From Hypanus sabinus (Eukaryota), in NCBI RefSeq assembly GCF_030144855.1, contig NC_082712.1, positions 148,614,001 to 148,678,000 on the forward strand: a stretch of DNA of 64,000 nt, given 5' to 3'. Shown here in pieces: positions 25,700 through 38,584 of this stretch (the first letter of the stretch is position 1; the number at the start of each line of letters is the position of its first letter). The position numbers and the translations under genes are program-made. The notes under the pieces were generated by a model. It did not search any database. It saw only the letters and a program-made list of their open reading frames with translations, and was not told the origin of the DNA.

Positions 25700-25955
25700 C
25701 AGTTGGTGCAATGCTATTAAAGCTTGGGGTGTTGGAGTTTGGAGTTCGGAGTTCAATTTTGGTGTCCTCCGTAAGAGGTCTGTATGTTCTTCCAGTGAAG
25801 TTTCTTCGTGTGGGTTTCCTCCCAGTGCTCTAGTTTCCTCCCACAATCCAAAGATGTACTGGTAAATTGTCTTGTAATAAAGCTAGGGTTAAATAGGTGG
25901 GTTGCTTGGCAGTACAACTCATTGGGTTGGTAGGGCCCGTTCCATGTTGTATTTA
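25700..25955 (+). mobile_element. V-SINE-like element
   Basis: GTGGGTTTCCTCCCAGTGCTCTAGTTTCCTCCCACAATCCAAAGATGTAC core. Confidence 0.55.
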
Positions 25956-26121
25956 TCAATGAAAAATCAATCTCGATAAGGTTATCCCTCATTCTCCTGT
26001 GCTCCAGGGAGTGAAGACATAGCCTGGCCAAACTCTCCTGATAACTACGGCCTGCTAGAACTGGCATAATTTACCTAAATCTTTTCTGTACTTTTTCCAG
26101 TCCAACCTCACCTTTCCTATG

Positions 26122-26832
26122 GAGGCTGAGTACCCCTTATCCAAACCCCAAAACCTTTTTGAGTGCTGACATGACTTCACAAATGGAAAATTCCACAAGG
26201 TGCTGGGAAGGTTCCCTGGCAATGCTCAGGTCTCTGCGCACCACAAACAGTTCTGAGAAGTGACCCCACATATGTAATGAAGAGAAGTTAATGAAAAACA
26301 GAGAAAAACACTGCATAAAGTGAAAAATTAAGACCTCAATCGTGTATTGAAAGAATGGATTCGTCAGGATTGCAGTGAATAAATGCTGCTTAATAGTACG
26401 GTGATTATGAAACAAGCAAAATGGAAGGTAATTGTGAATACAGATTTCACAGTTGTATACGGATGCATACTTTGATAATAAATGAACCTTAGAATATTCA
26501 GCAGGCTGGTTGCAGAGATTTAAGAAAACGCACGGCATTGAATTTTTAAAGATCTGTGGTGATAAGGCGTCTGATGATCACGAAGCAGCAGAGAAATTCA
26601 TTGATGAGTTTGCGAAGATTATCACTGATGAAAATCTAACACACTGAACGGTTGCATCACATTTGTGCGATTAACTGGTGTAAGACAGAGACTGCTTACT
26701 GGTAGCAGCAAATTCAGAGTTGGAAATGATGGCAATCCCAAACTATCTCGTTATTTAATCCAAACACTGAAAAAATCCTAAATTTGAAATACCTCCAACC
26801 CCAAGCATTTTGGATAAGGGGTACTCAACCTA
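26122..26832 (+). mobile_element. Tigger/pogo-type (TcMar) DNA transposon deletion derivative
   Basis: TIRs AGG(C/T)TGAGTACCCCTTATCCAAA at both ends. It carries a CENP-B-like HTH transposase relic (VLKEWIRQ...YSAGWLQRFKK..HGIEFLKICGDKAS). Confidence 0.8.
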
Positions 26833-26942
26833 TAATGGGTTTCAACTCACCATTGACTTTATACAACAATATAATGCTCCTAAAAACCTTTTTCACCACC
26901 CGTAACAACACTTTCAATGCTCTATGTACTTGTATACTCCAA

Positions 26943-27550
26943 TACTCAGTGGCCACTTTATTAGGTACACCCAAGTATCTGCTTGTTAATGCAAATATCT
27001 AATCAGCCAATCATCTGGCAGCAACTCAATGTACAAAGGCTCAGGAAGTTCATGCTAAACTTCAGAATGGGGAAGAAATATGATGTAAGTGACTTTGACT
27101 GTGGAGTGAAGGTTGGTGCCAAAGGGGTGGGTTTGAGTATCTCAGAAACTGCTGACTACCTGGGATTTTCATGCACAACAGTCTCTGGAGCAGGGTTTCC
27201 CAATCTGGGGTTTTGGACTCCTTGCTTAATGGTAGGGGTCCATGACATAAAAAAAATTGGGAACCCCTGCTCTAGAGTTTACAGAGAATGATGCAAAAAA
27301 AAAACAATACACATTCAGTAATGGGCAGTTCTGTGGGCAAAATGCCTTGTTAACAATAGAGGTTGGAGAAGAATGGCCAGACTGCTTCAAGCTGACAGGA
27401 AAGCAACAATAATTCGAATAATCATGTGTTATAACAGTGGTGAGCAGAAGAACATCACTGAATGCATAGCACATTGACACTGGAAGTGGATGTGCTACGG
27501 CAAGAAAAGATCATGAAATCACTCTGAAACCACTTTATTAGGTACAGGAG
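26943..27550 (+). mobile_element. Tc1-like DNA transposon fragment
   Basis: Terminal CAGTGGCCACTTTATTAGGTACAC. The HTH relic MGKKYDVSDFDCGVKVGAKGVGLSISETADYLGFSCTTVS|RVYRE is interrupted by a MITE. Confidence 0.75.
27191..27269. mobile_element. hAT-type MITE
   Basis: TIRs CAGGG(T/G)TTCCCAA and an 8-bp TSD CTCTGGAG/CTCTAGAG (1 mismatch); inserted in the Tc1 relic. Confidence 0.85.
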
Positions 27551-27642
27551 GTATATTACACTCCCTAGTTTCCTCCCTCATAGAATGTTTTGAATTGTAG
27601 GTAACTCCATTTGTGTTTCTTTAAAAAAAACTATTAATACCC

Positions 27643-27855
27643 TGATGCACCATCAATAACTCTCTGAGACGTGAGGCGAGATATCGGCTTTTATTGACTG
27701 GAAGAAAGAACAAGCAGCAATTGACCACCACGCTACATCCTGGAGACTGAGGCCGGGCTCAGACCTCAATTGCCTTTATACAGGGGTCTGTGGGAGGAGA
27801 CACAGGAGCAGTCAGCAGAGGGGCGTGTCCAGACAGGTATATGTAGTTCACCACA
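27643..27855 (-). mobile_element. Solo LTR, ~215-bp family (copy 2)
   Basis: TG...CA ends; TSD TACCC at 27638-27642 and 27856-27860. Confidence 0.88.
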
Positions 27856-28329
27856 TACCCTGAAATGGAAAATTTCATCAACTTTTGATCAATTCCTACG
27901 CTTTTGTCATGTCCATGTGAATCAGTTCCTGCTCTTCCTTTCCTCAAGTTCTGGATCTGCATGTCTCTTAAAATGTAATTGACTACTATGTTCTCTTTCC
28001 TGTAGGTTTATAACATTAACAAAATCAATTTGAAAGATCGAGTTTCTCCCTCCATCCGAGGAGAAACTTGACCTGGTAATCACTTCCAGTATTTTCAATA
28101 TATTTTCTTTTGCTTTTAAAAATACTGCAGATACTGTAATTTGGAGATCTGAAAAAGCAGAACATGCTAGAAATACTGGGCAGGCCAGGTGACATCTCTG
28201 GAGAGCGTTTAAGGTCGACTCATTTACATTTTTCGTTTAGTTTTATAAGTACAAAGTTTTGGACACAAATAATGTTACGGAGACTTTAAATTACACCTCA
28301 GGTTTCCTGCTCAGCTTTTAATTTGTTTC

Positions 28330-28515
28330 CGGAACTAAATCTGATAATACGTTTTCCTGGCGGACTCAATTCCGAAAGGGCCACGCTACCTGATGGGATT
28401 TGTAGTTTATTTTCTCGATGTTGGGAATAGACTGTATCTCCCGACAGGCATCGCGCCAGAATTTGGCGTTGCCAGGGCCACGGAGTAGGACACGGACGCC
28501 ATGAGAGTCGGACCC
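28330..28515 (+). promoter_or_regulatory. IFTAP: NWC/IFTAP CpG-rich (probably bidirectional) promoter and non-coding exon 1
   Basis: Local CpG enrichment in AT-rich surroundings. ZNF143/SBS-like motifs at 28391-28407 (minus, AACTACAAATCCCATCA) and 28430-28455 (plus, GACTGTATCTCCCGACAGGCATCGCG). X-box GTTGCCAGGGCCAC at 28468-28481. Donor CCC|GTGAGT after 28515. The position 5' of the RAG2 CDS matches the known NWC promoter in the RAG2 intron. Confidence 0.7.
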
Positions 28516-31500
28516 GTGAGTAAACTTAGTTGAAGCGGCGGCGTTGAAGTTAATCAGCACTGTAAAATGACCGCTTGATTTACTCTGGTGACACAATTTA
28601 GTTTGGCTAGTTCCCTAACGCAGACCAACTTCTGATCTATTTTATGTTTGCAAGGGTTTAGGTGCCTGTGGCCTCTGATGCACTCCATAAAGTTGTCTCT
28701 CCTGATCCATTCCTAAACCATGCTCACTGACCCACAGAATGTCTTGGTCATCTGGTGCTGGCAGAACCACACTGTGCTCCGCAGAGAGGAGGCTAAGCGT
28801 GACTACAACCTAAATACTGCAGATATTAATCGATTTGCATAAAAAGGTGGATTCCTTAATAGAAAATATATTACAGAAGTACAATAAGAGGATTTTGATA
28901 GCTTTTTAAAGGTTGATATTCCTCCAAAACAATATTTGTTTACTTACATGATTAAAAAGAAATTGTTAGAAAGCCTGGAATGCTAAAAGATTTTAATTGA
29001 ACGGGTATACTTTAATATTATTTATGCAAAAGTCCATTATGAAAATTCTGCAGGACTTTAATGAGATTGACAATATCTTTTCTGTGTATGTCTTAATATT
29101 AAGTGTCTGTCTTAGGTCAAGGGTAGTATATTCGACTTGAGGTTGTGAGTTCAAATACATTGCCTGACACTTCAGCAGATGGTTTCTCTGGAGTCTCAAT
29201 GCTGCTCTCTCGGTTTTAATATCTGAATTTGTAGGATCCAACTGGCTTACTAAGTTCTGTGTTGAACATAGAGCTGCTATTGACTTCTTACTGCTTATAA
29301 ATCCGTCAGTAATCTGAAGTTGGGATGGAAAATGAGGAAAATAAATGTTTTTAATTTTGTATTTACATGTAATATCCCATAGTTGTTTAGTGAATTGGAA
29401 GCAAAAACATACAATGATGCCCTTCAATATTGTCATTTGATTTATGTGGTATTAAAGTAGTTGTAACCTTAAACTGCATATGAATACTTAAGCTAAATTA
29501 CACTACAAGGCACAAGCATATTTTAAATTTTAGTTTCACAGCTAATGTTTTGTTGAATTAAATCATGTTTTTACATGATTCTTGTGTTCAGTGAAGTTGA
29601 CATGTTATGCCTTTAAAGTAATTCTATTCAGTCACACTTGATATCATGTTACACCAAAAAACGAGACATGCTCTAGAGTCGACAATGAGAAACTTCTGCA
29701 GTTGTCATAATGTAAAGAAATTATTTTTATTTGAATGTCAGTTGATGGCATTTTTCCTATGGTTTCGATGGAACCTTCAGTGCTAATTTGTTACGTTTTA
29801 ACGTCAGTCTTTGAGCATAGCGTCCCTATATTGATAAAGAAATATTGAAACCAAATTTGTCATAATTATGTAATGATAAATGAGGTAAATTTAGTATCAT
29901 TTTAATATTAACATTATTTAGGCTTGGAATCAGAATCATGGTTAATGTCACTGGCATATGTCATGACATTTGTTTTATGGCACAGTACAGTGCAATCGAT
30001 AACAAACTATATAAATTGCCATAAGAAATATATATAGACAAAATTTGAATAAGTATTGCAAAAAGAGAACATAAATAGTGAGGTAGTGCTCCATTGAGAA
30101 ATCCGATAGTAGAGAAGAAGCTGTTCCTAAAACATTGAATGTGTGTCTTCAGGCTCCAGACTTCTAAAGTTCTCTAAATGGACATTCTAACTGGATTTCT
30201 AAATGGACATTGAACCCATGAACACCATCTCACTACTTTTTTTTGTATTTATTTCTGTTTTTGCATTGCTTATTTTAACTTATCTATTTAATATACTGTA
30301 CATACATCTACTTACAGTAATACAATTTTTTCTATATTTATCATGTATTGCATTGTATTAGTGCCGCTAAATTAACAAATTTCATGACATATGCCTGTGA
30401 TATTAATCCTGATTCTGATTCCTGTATCTCCTCCCTGATGGTAGCAATGAAAAGAGGGCATGCCCTGGGTGCTGGGGATCCTAATGATGGATGTGACCTT
30501 TTTGAAGCATCAGCTTTTGAAGGTATTCTTGATGCTGGAATATTCTTTACTTAAAATTATATCTAATTTGGTTTCTACTCACAGAGAGCTTTGCTACTTT
30601 TTACAAAGTCTTTCAGGGTTTTTGCTGCTTTTCCTTGCAGAAAATCCACTGCATATAGTCTTTGTTCACTGTGGCTGTGAGGTAGATCGTTTTCTTTGCA
30701 CTGTTATGTTCAGCTCATGGACATGGATTTAAGGGTATTGAGCAAAGGTTTGTAAATGAATTGAAGAAAGATTTTCCCATCCAAGAAATTGTTTTAACGA
30801 AAATGTCAATCACATTTAAAAAGCCTTTCAGAGCACTTTCAGGCACATTTAAAAATATATACCGTCAACCACAATCTGCAACATTATAGACAGAATTGGA
30901 AGGTGGGATTAAACTCAGTATCATTTTTTGAATAGTGTAGACGCATTGAGCCCACTTCTAATTTGTTAATTTCTACATTTCAATGAACAGTGATGTAATT
31001 GCCCAAGTAATACTCTAAATGTAAATAACTTTTGGACTTCATCAAAAAAATGTGGAAAACCTCTGCCTACATGTAGTTGGTCCTTTTCTTTGACTTATTT
31101 CCTCTTTCTTCTTTACTAAATGTATTTAAAACTTACTTAGCTTTTCCTCAATAAGATGACAATTGGAAATTTCAGACTTTCATTCAGGATCTTCTCTCAT
31201 TTTGTACTTTCTTTCAATAAAGCTACATTGATCCATTTGAATTTGAATGGACATTTTAACATGTAATAGTTTAGCATATGGACCTTCACTGTCCTTAGAT
31301 GTAGATATATTGAATGCATACTGCTAATATGATGCTCGGCTGTAGTTGGCTACAAAATTAATTACTTCTCCACAACAACACACGATAATTGAATTGTCTG
31401 TTTCCTTTTCAGCTTATAGCTTTGCAGATGTTAACATCTCCTTTTAACCTTAAACAAGATATAATTATTTTTTTTATTTTAATGAAGAAAATTACTGCAG

Positions 31501-32521
31501 TAGAGAAAAATATAGAGACTGGCTGTTATTTAAATCACTTGGCGTCGCTTAGCACTTTTTCCAAACCTCAAATAGCATAACAAGTAAGTCAAAAAGAATT
31601 AGTTTAGATAAAAGTGTATGTTCTGTATTAAGTACTGTAAATCTACTTACATACAAGACAGCTGTTAATTAGCACAATTACTGTGACAATAGTGTAGGCT
31701 TGCCTTTAATATGAATATAATACCAAAATAACATTACCTGTATAGTGCAAATAGTCGCAGAGACTGGAATTGCTTGCAGAATTAGAATTTGCCGGACACC
31801 TGGTAAATATGTAGCATTCAGTCAATGTAGAATATCTCTGAGAGCATTTACAGCTGGTGCAAATGATTCTAAGCACTTCCTTGATGAAAGCAAATGCTAG
31901 TGAACAGCAGATGCTTCAATGACGTGGTGTGTTTCGAATGTGCAAGATATTAAATACATTTATGTATATATCACTTTATACCTAATATCTATTCTTGTTC
32001 TTTATTAGTACTTACTATCTCCTGGTTCCCTTTGTGCAACTGTCTTAAGATTAAATCTCATTCTGAATTAAAATATGTCTTAAACAGTGGGTGTTAAATT
32101 AAGCGTGCTTATGTTTATAACATCGGTATAAACTGCGAAGAATTAGTTAAATCGGCACACCACAGTTGTTGAATTTTGATAGTGAATAATGTGAATGATA
32201 TTTATTCTGGACTAAGAATCAATTTGTCCATTTCAGGTGTCACCCACAATCGTGGTCCTGCTCCCTTCAATTTCTACTCTGTAAAACAGCCTCATCAAAT
32301 AGAAGATATATTTTAAAAGGTTTAAAAAAAAATTCAGTTACCTTAATTCTGCTTGAAGTTACTAGTGCTAGAAAGGTCGGTGAATTCAGTGGATTCTGGT
32401 TAATTCGACACATCAGGACCAGTATATTTTGGCCCAACTAAGCAGCTGCCCCGGTTAGCTGAAGTGTCCTGGAAAACTAAAAAGGTATAAAATAAAAGCC
32501 AAACTACCGTTTAAATGAGTA

Positions 32522-33110
32522 ACAAAGAAGAGCTTTGAAGAGATTTGTTTTGTCAACTAAAACACTTGAAGACTTCTATAGATGTACTGTGGAGAGCATT
32601 CTGACAGGCTGAATTACTGTCTGGTATGGAGGTGTGGGTGGGGGGGGTGGGTGGTGTTGCTACTGCACAGGACTGAAAAAAGCTACAGAAAGTTGTAAAA
32701 TTAGTCAGTTCCATCTTGGGTACTTGCCTTCGTAGTATCCAAGATATCTACAAGGAGCAGTGCCCAATATTAAGGAGTCCTATCACCCAGGACATGTCCT
32801 CCTTTTATTGTTACCGTTAGGAATGAAGTACAGAATTCTGAAGGCACACACTGAGCGATTCAGGAACAGCATCTTCCCCTCTGCCATCTGATTCCTAAAT
32901 GGACATTGAACCAATAAACGCTACCTCTGTTCTTAAGAAAAAATTATTTCTGTTTTGCACTATTTTAACCTAACTATTGAATATACGTATATACTTAACT
33001 GTAATTGATTTACTTTTTTCCTTTCTATAAATAATATCATGTCACATTGTACTGCTGCTGCTAAGTTAACAAATTTCATGTCACATGCTGGAGATAATAA
33101 ACCTGATTCT
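32522..33110 (+). mobile_element. Rex1/Babar-type LINE 3' fragment
   Basis: Relic of RRLKRF..KTL.DFYRCTVESILTG.ITVWYG followed by a 3'UTR ending CCTGATTCTGA. The same tail occurs at 30115-30425. Confidence 0.65.
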
Positions 33111-33632
33111 GAAATTATGTATTTAAATGAAGTACAGAGCAGATTAGAACACTATCAATACAGGACTATAAAACTTTATTAGTTCCTAATAGTTATTGAT
33201 GGAGGAATTCATCTGTGTATGCTGCTGTGTTGTTTTGATTGACTGCAAATGAAGAAAATCAGCGCAGACATCTAGTGCAAATAGACTGTTTTCATGGAAT
33301 GCTTTCAATGATTGCATCCTCCAAATCTTCATTTCCATTATAACATTCAAGATGGTTGTAGATGCCTTTAAATTCTCCGTAGTTCTTAACTTATTGAAGT
33401 CGTGAAATTGTTTCATTTTCACTCCCAGCTTTTTCCAGCATCTCCAAGTCTGAATGCTTGAAACCACAGCGAGCAAAACAGTTCTAAATTGTCTTATCGC
33501 TTATTTCTTGCTGTCAGTGACAAAAATCGCCAACACGTGCAATGGATGCTATTTTAAAACTATTTGCTGTAAGCATGATGTAGTGACTAAACAGACATGC
33601 ATGTGCACACAACTGATGCTAGTTAGAAACTA

Positions 33633-33851
33633 CAAACGAGAAAATCTGCAGATGCTGGAAATCTAAGCAACACACACAAAATGCTGGAGGAACTCAGCAG
33701 GTCAGGCAGCATCTACGAAAAAAAAGTACAGTCAACGTTTCGGGCCGAGACTCTTCCGTCCTGCCGAAAGGTCTCGGCCTGAGATGTTGACTGTACTTTT
33801 TTCTGTAGATGCTGACTGTCCTTCTGAGTTCCTCCAGCATTTTGTGTGTGT
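33633..33851. mobile_element. Penelope-like inverted (fold-back) repeat
   Basis: Inverted arms at about 33670-33751 and 33771-33851 around a 19-nt spacer. Confidence 0.7.
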
Positions 33852-34607
33852 AGGTAACAGTCTCCTGTCCCAATTAAGTGCTGTAGTATCCCGAATAAGT
33901 AAAGGAAATCCTGGCTATTTTCTCAATTTTTGTTCTTTAAGAGTTGTCCCAAAAAGGCAGGTGCCCTGATTAACCGATGGAACCCTCTGTGCTTCTTATA
34001 GGAAAAAGAATATTAATTACTTCTGCTGTGGTTTGTGATTACACAAATTAAATAGAACTACTTGAAATGAAAGGTTAACTGCATAGTTTGGAATAAATTG
34101 TGGACCTTTTTCATACCTGTGACCAAAGCTGACTCTCTGTGCCATTTTAAAAATGGTTTGCCCAAATTACCTCCCTCACCTCCTTCCAAAATTGTCCCTC
34201 GGTGTTATATTTTGCAGCAAGCACTGCTGGCTTGATACTGATAGCAGAAATACAGTAACACGCTTAATTAGGATGATCTTACCAGTATTAACCTGAAGAA
34301 ATTGTTGGGAGGATTTGACATTGAGAGCCTAATTGTTTAAGGGACTTATTTTTCAAAGCATCATGTGGGATGACCAAAACAAGCTCTGCCCACAAAATAA
34401 ATACAAAAAACACCTGGTATGTTACATCCCTAGACAAAGTCAGAACTTACATATTTAAATCTTTTAAAGCAGCCAGAGTGTCCTTAAGATATATTTTTTC
34501 ATGCTAAATGTCAAGAAGGATCTAGTATCAGAACGAAGCCATTGTGTTTTAAATGAACAAAAATGAAGAGCAATACATTTTAATATTTTGCAGAAATAGA
34601 CCTTGGA

Positions 34608-34975
34608 AACATAAGGAAATCTGCAGATGCTGAAAATTCAAGCAACACACACAAAATGCTGGTGGTACGCAGCAGGCCAGGCAGCATCTATAGGAGGAAG
34701 TACTGTCAACTTTTCAGGCTGAGATGCTTCTCAGGACTAACTGAAAGAAAAGATAGTAAGAGATTTGGGAGGGGGAGGGGGAGACCCGAAATGATAGGAG
34801 AAGACAGGAGGGGGAGGGATGTAGCCAAGAGCTGGAAAGTTGATTGGCAAAAGAGATATACAGCTGGAGAAGGGAAAGGATCATGGGACGGGAGGTCTAG
34901 GGAGAAAGAAAGGGGGAGGGGAGCACCAGAGGGTGCTTCTCCTATCATTTCTGATCTCCCCCTCCCCCTCCCAGT
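34608..34975. mobile_element. Penelope-like fragment with terminal inversion
   Basis: Same head as 33633, followed by a GA-rich body; 38-bp inverted repeat at 34766-34803 and 34936-34973. Confidence 0.65.
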
Positions 34976-36579
34976 CATGACTGATCTGCTTTTTGGCCTC
35001 CAGTCTTATTTCCCTAGAACTGTTGATCCCCATGTGGCTAAAACTAGATCTGTCACAAATTTTGAATGCTTAATAACTTAATATTAACAACTCTTTGATG
35101 TACAAAATTCCAAGGCTTTCAACTATACAAAAGAAGAAATTCAGTCTCATTTCAAGGGTGTCCTGCCCTGAGGCTCTGTTCCCTCACTGCAGATTTGCCC
35201 TCAAAGGGAAACAGTAAATTTGTAAGTCAGTTCCCCCATCCACCTTCCAGAATCTTATATTTTTCTTATAATGAAAATCAATAGCTCCTTCCCGTTTCAT
35301 GAAAGAAAATAGGACAGAATATTTGTGGGATCTTCATCCTACATTGCACCTTTTCATACCTTTTTAAGAACTCTGCATAGAAGAAGAGATCAGCATAATA
35401 AAGGAGGATGTCAGAGGGGAATGAGGAAGAACTTTTATCATAAGTTCCGCTAGCACTTAAGGAAAGATGCTTTAAGTTCCAAAGACATTGCAGAAAGATA
35501 TATATTTTCTCCCAAACTCTCAGGCTCTAACATGCTAGTTAGAGCTTGAAAGAGAGAGAAAAAAATAGCCTGCTACTTGGATCTGCAAATGTTTAGTGCT
35601 TGATTTTCAAGTGTAGGATTCAGCCATAAAATAGGCTTGTGCCGAGCATTCTGTTGGATTTTTTTGTGAAGGTAAGTTGGGTTGTACTTCCACAGACTGG
35701 TAAATCAGTAAGAGTGATCATTTCAAAACTGAGGACAAAGGTTGGAAGAAATTGTTACATGGAAAGGGTTGATGGAACATGCAGTTTTAAAGTATGAGAC
35801 ACAGGAAATTGTAATCTTTACAGAAAGCTTGACGAGCATTCTGATGCAAGTGAAAAATTAGAACTGTGGAAAGAGAGAAAGTAGGAAAGTGAGCTGGCAC
35901 AACACATTTGTCTAAACATTTTCAATTTAGAATTCAACAATTTAAAGCAAAAGAAAAAAACAGAGATACTATAAACTACTTACCTTATTTTCCTTTGGAT
36001 ATTTTACGTGTATTCAAAATATGGTGATTTATTTAGTAGAATGTTGTTTCTTTAGTTCCTTTAAAAATGAACATGCCTGATCTGGTGGCTTGTATAATGG
36101 ACCTTGCAGGCAGCAGTTTCTAATCTACTCCAGGTCTGCAAAAAGTATATTCAAAACTATGCTCTTCTGTTGTGAAAGAATTGACATTGCAACATACTGA
36201 ACTTGCTTCTGTGAATTATTTCAAATGTACCTACAAAAAAAATGAAGAAATAGAATCTTTAAATCTCCTGGTTTGTACTACACAATATTTGGTGAACTAA
36301 TCACTTACAAAAATTAGACTGAAGAATAGAATTGACTGTAAAGAGCATGCACTGACTTATTTCTGATCCTTCTGTATTTTGTACTTAGCAAACATTACAT
36401 TTTATTGTGGTTATCACTGTATAAAATCTTCTTCCAAGAAAAGGAGTTGACAGATGCCTGTTTCATCAGTTCAAACCACAGAATGAAGAACTCTATGCTC
36501 TCTTTAATTTATAACTTACTGAATTATTTCCAGAGGTTTTATATAATACTTTTATAATTGTTATTTATTTCTTGAGGTA

Positions 36580-36815
36580 CAGTGCAGAACAGGCACTGTT
36601 AACCATTTGAGCCATGCTGGCCAACAGTCTCCTAATTTAAGCCAAGCCTGATCACGGGATAATTTACAATGATCAATTGACCTATCAACTGTTACTTCTT
36701 TGGACTGTGGAAGGAACCCTACACGATCATGGGGAGAATGTACAAATTCGTTACAAGAAGTGGCAGGAATTGAAACCTTGTCGCCTATACTGTAAAATGT
36801 TGCGCTAATCACTAC
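36580..36815 (-). mobile_element. V-SINE-like element
   Basis: Reverse-orientation homologue of 25700-25955. Confidence 0.5.
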
Positions 36816-38584
36816 ACTAATATTCTGCCCCTCTAATATTAAATAATATAAATATAAAGTATTACGTAATTAGGTATTTAATATTATTCCTCTATCACAA
36901 ATGAGATTTTCGTATATTAAGGGTAATATGATTGCAGTTCAAATGTAAGTTGCAATGTGAGGTAAGTTCATCGTAAGAAATATTTGTTTCTCAAAATGAT
37001 CCAAGGGATAAATAGGTTTAGAAATATATCCCTGCTGGAAACCATATGCTACGTGATGAGGTCCTGGTTTGACTTAATGCTGTTTGTATCTTTTGTAATA
37101 ACAATCATGCAATTCTTTGTTCATTAACAGGTTCAGTTTTTAAGAGATAAACAAGCAGAGGAAGGAATTAATTATCAATTAACAAAGGAGATTGACCACT
37201 TTGATTTATATTCATTGTAATAAAGTTGGATGAAAAAGTAGTGATGCACATGCTATTAATAAGCTTGTTCGAATATGACCCGTATTTTTTTTAGCAACCT
37301 TTAATATTTCTTTGTTTATTTTTAAATCCTTGTTAAAGAGGTAAGCAGTTAATCTCTTTAGTTAAGCTTTCCTGGTATGCTGTTATCAACTTGTATTCTA
37401 GCAAGTTAAAATGCAAAATGTTTTGAGCAAAGAACATTCTGGATAGAAATTCCAATGAATGGAGTGTGTTTCTGTTGATTGTAATTCACTGAGAAGAAAT
37501 TGATGAAGATGGACCTAATAAAAGAGGCAGAATTCTAAAGCTTCAAGTGCCACAGTAAGTGAAGATCCAATTCAGGATTACCATGATATTTATCAAGTTG
37601 ACAAAGTGGTCATGCCGTTTGTAAAATCGATTTAAAAATATTATAGGTGTTACGGAAAATATTAATTTTGATTTGCTGGATTTTGTCAGCAGTTCTGACA
37701 ATCTATAACAGTCCTTGAAATTGCAAATTTACTGGCCAGACTCAGCAGGCTATTTCCTGGCTGTACTCTGCTATTAGAATCACATGAAATCTGTTGACTA
37801 GGAAACCTGCATTTAGATTATGCCCGGGCTACTTCGGGTAAGGACCTGTGAGTCACTTAACTTGAATTGGGACTTTAGAGATGTAAGGATAAAAGGAAGA
37901 AACAAAGTTAAGTTTTTTTTTAAAACAATGTTAAAATAATTTCTGAATTCCAGTGATACTTGAACTCATTGAAAATCTTGGCATCCTTGACAATTGGCAG
38001 ATCTGTGTGTCTGAAGCATTTTGGCCAGGATTATTCTGTTACCGAATTTTATTTTGAGGCTTTGTCTACCTTTGTGGGCTTCATTGCTCAGTCCAGAGCC
38101 ATATAATATGGTTCGTCATTCCAATGAAGATATGTTTTGTGTCATGAAGAAAGCAGACAGTCTAGCAGAAGATGCTATTAGAAAAAGTTGATCATTGGAA
38201 CTTTTTGTTGATACAGTTCCACAAAGCTGAAGTAATATTGCAGCATTATAGAGAAGAATTAGCTTTGTGATACAGAATTTGTTTGATGTTTTGTTGAAAA
38301 CAGATGGATGTTTTTCTGAAAAGGACATAATTTGTAATGGCGTCCTTTAATAGTTTTGTATGTATCATGTTATGCATAATTTTTAAATGGCTTAGTTTTT
38401 GCAGTGATAGAAGTTACAAAACTTGGCAAGATAGATATTCTTGATGGAAGTGGAAACTAGGATGACATTGACAAGATGGTGAAATGGATAGAAACATGAG
38501 CTCACTGCTGCTTTGCCTTCCCATTCTCCACACTGAACAGACAGAGCTCAATGTGGAGAATGGGAAGGTAAAGCAGCACTGAGA

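Larger units (their letters stand above)
32387..33989 (-). mobile_element. Tigger-like non-autonomous DNA transposon hosting two nested insertions
   Basis: Reverse-orientation homologue of 56268-57069 with CAGTGGATTC-type TIRs; interrupted at about 32522-33110 and 33633-33851. Confidence 0.75.
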
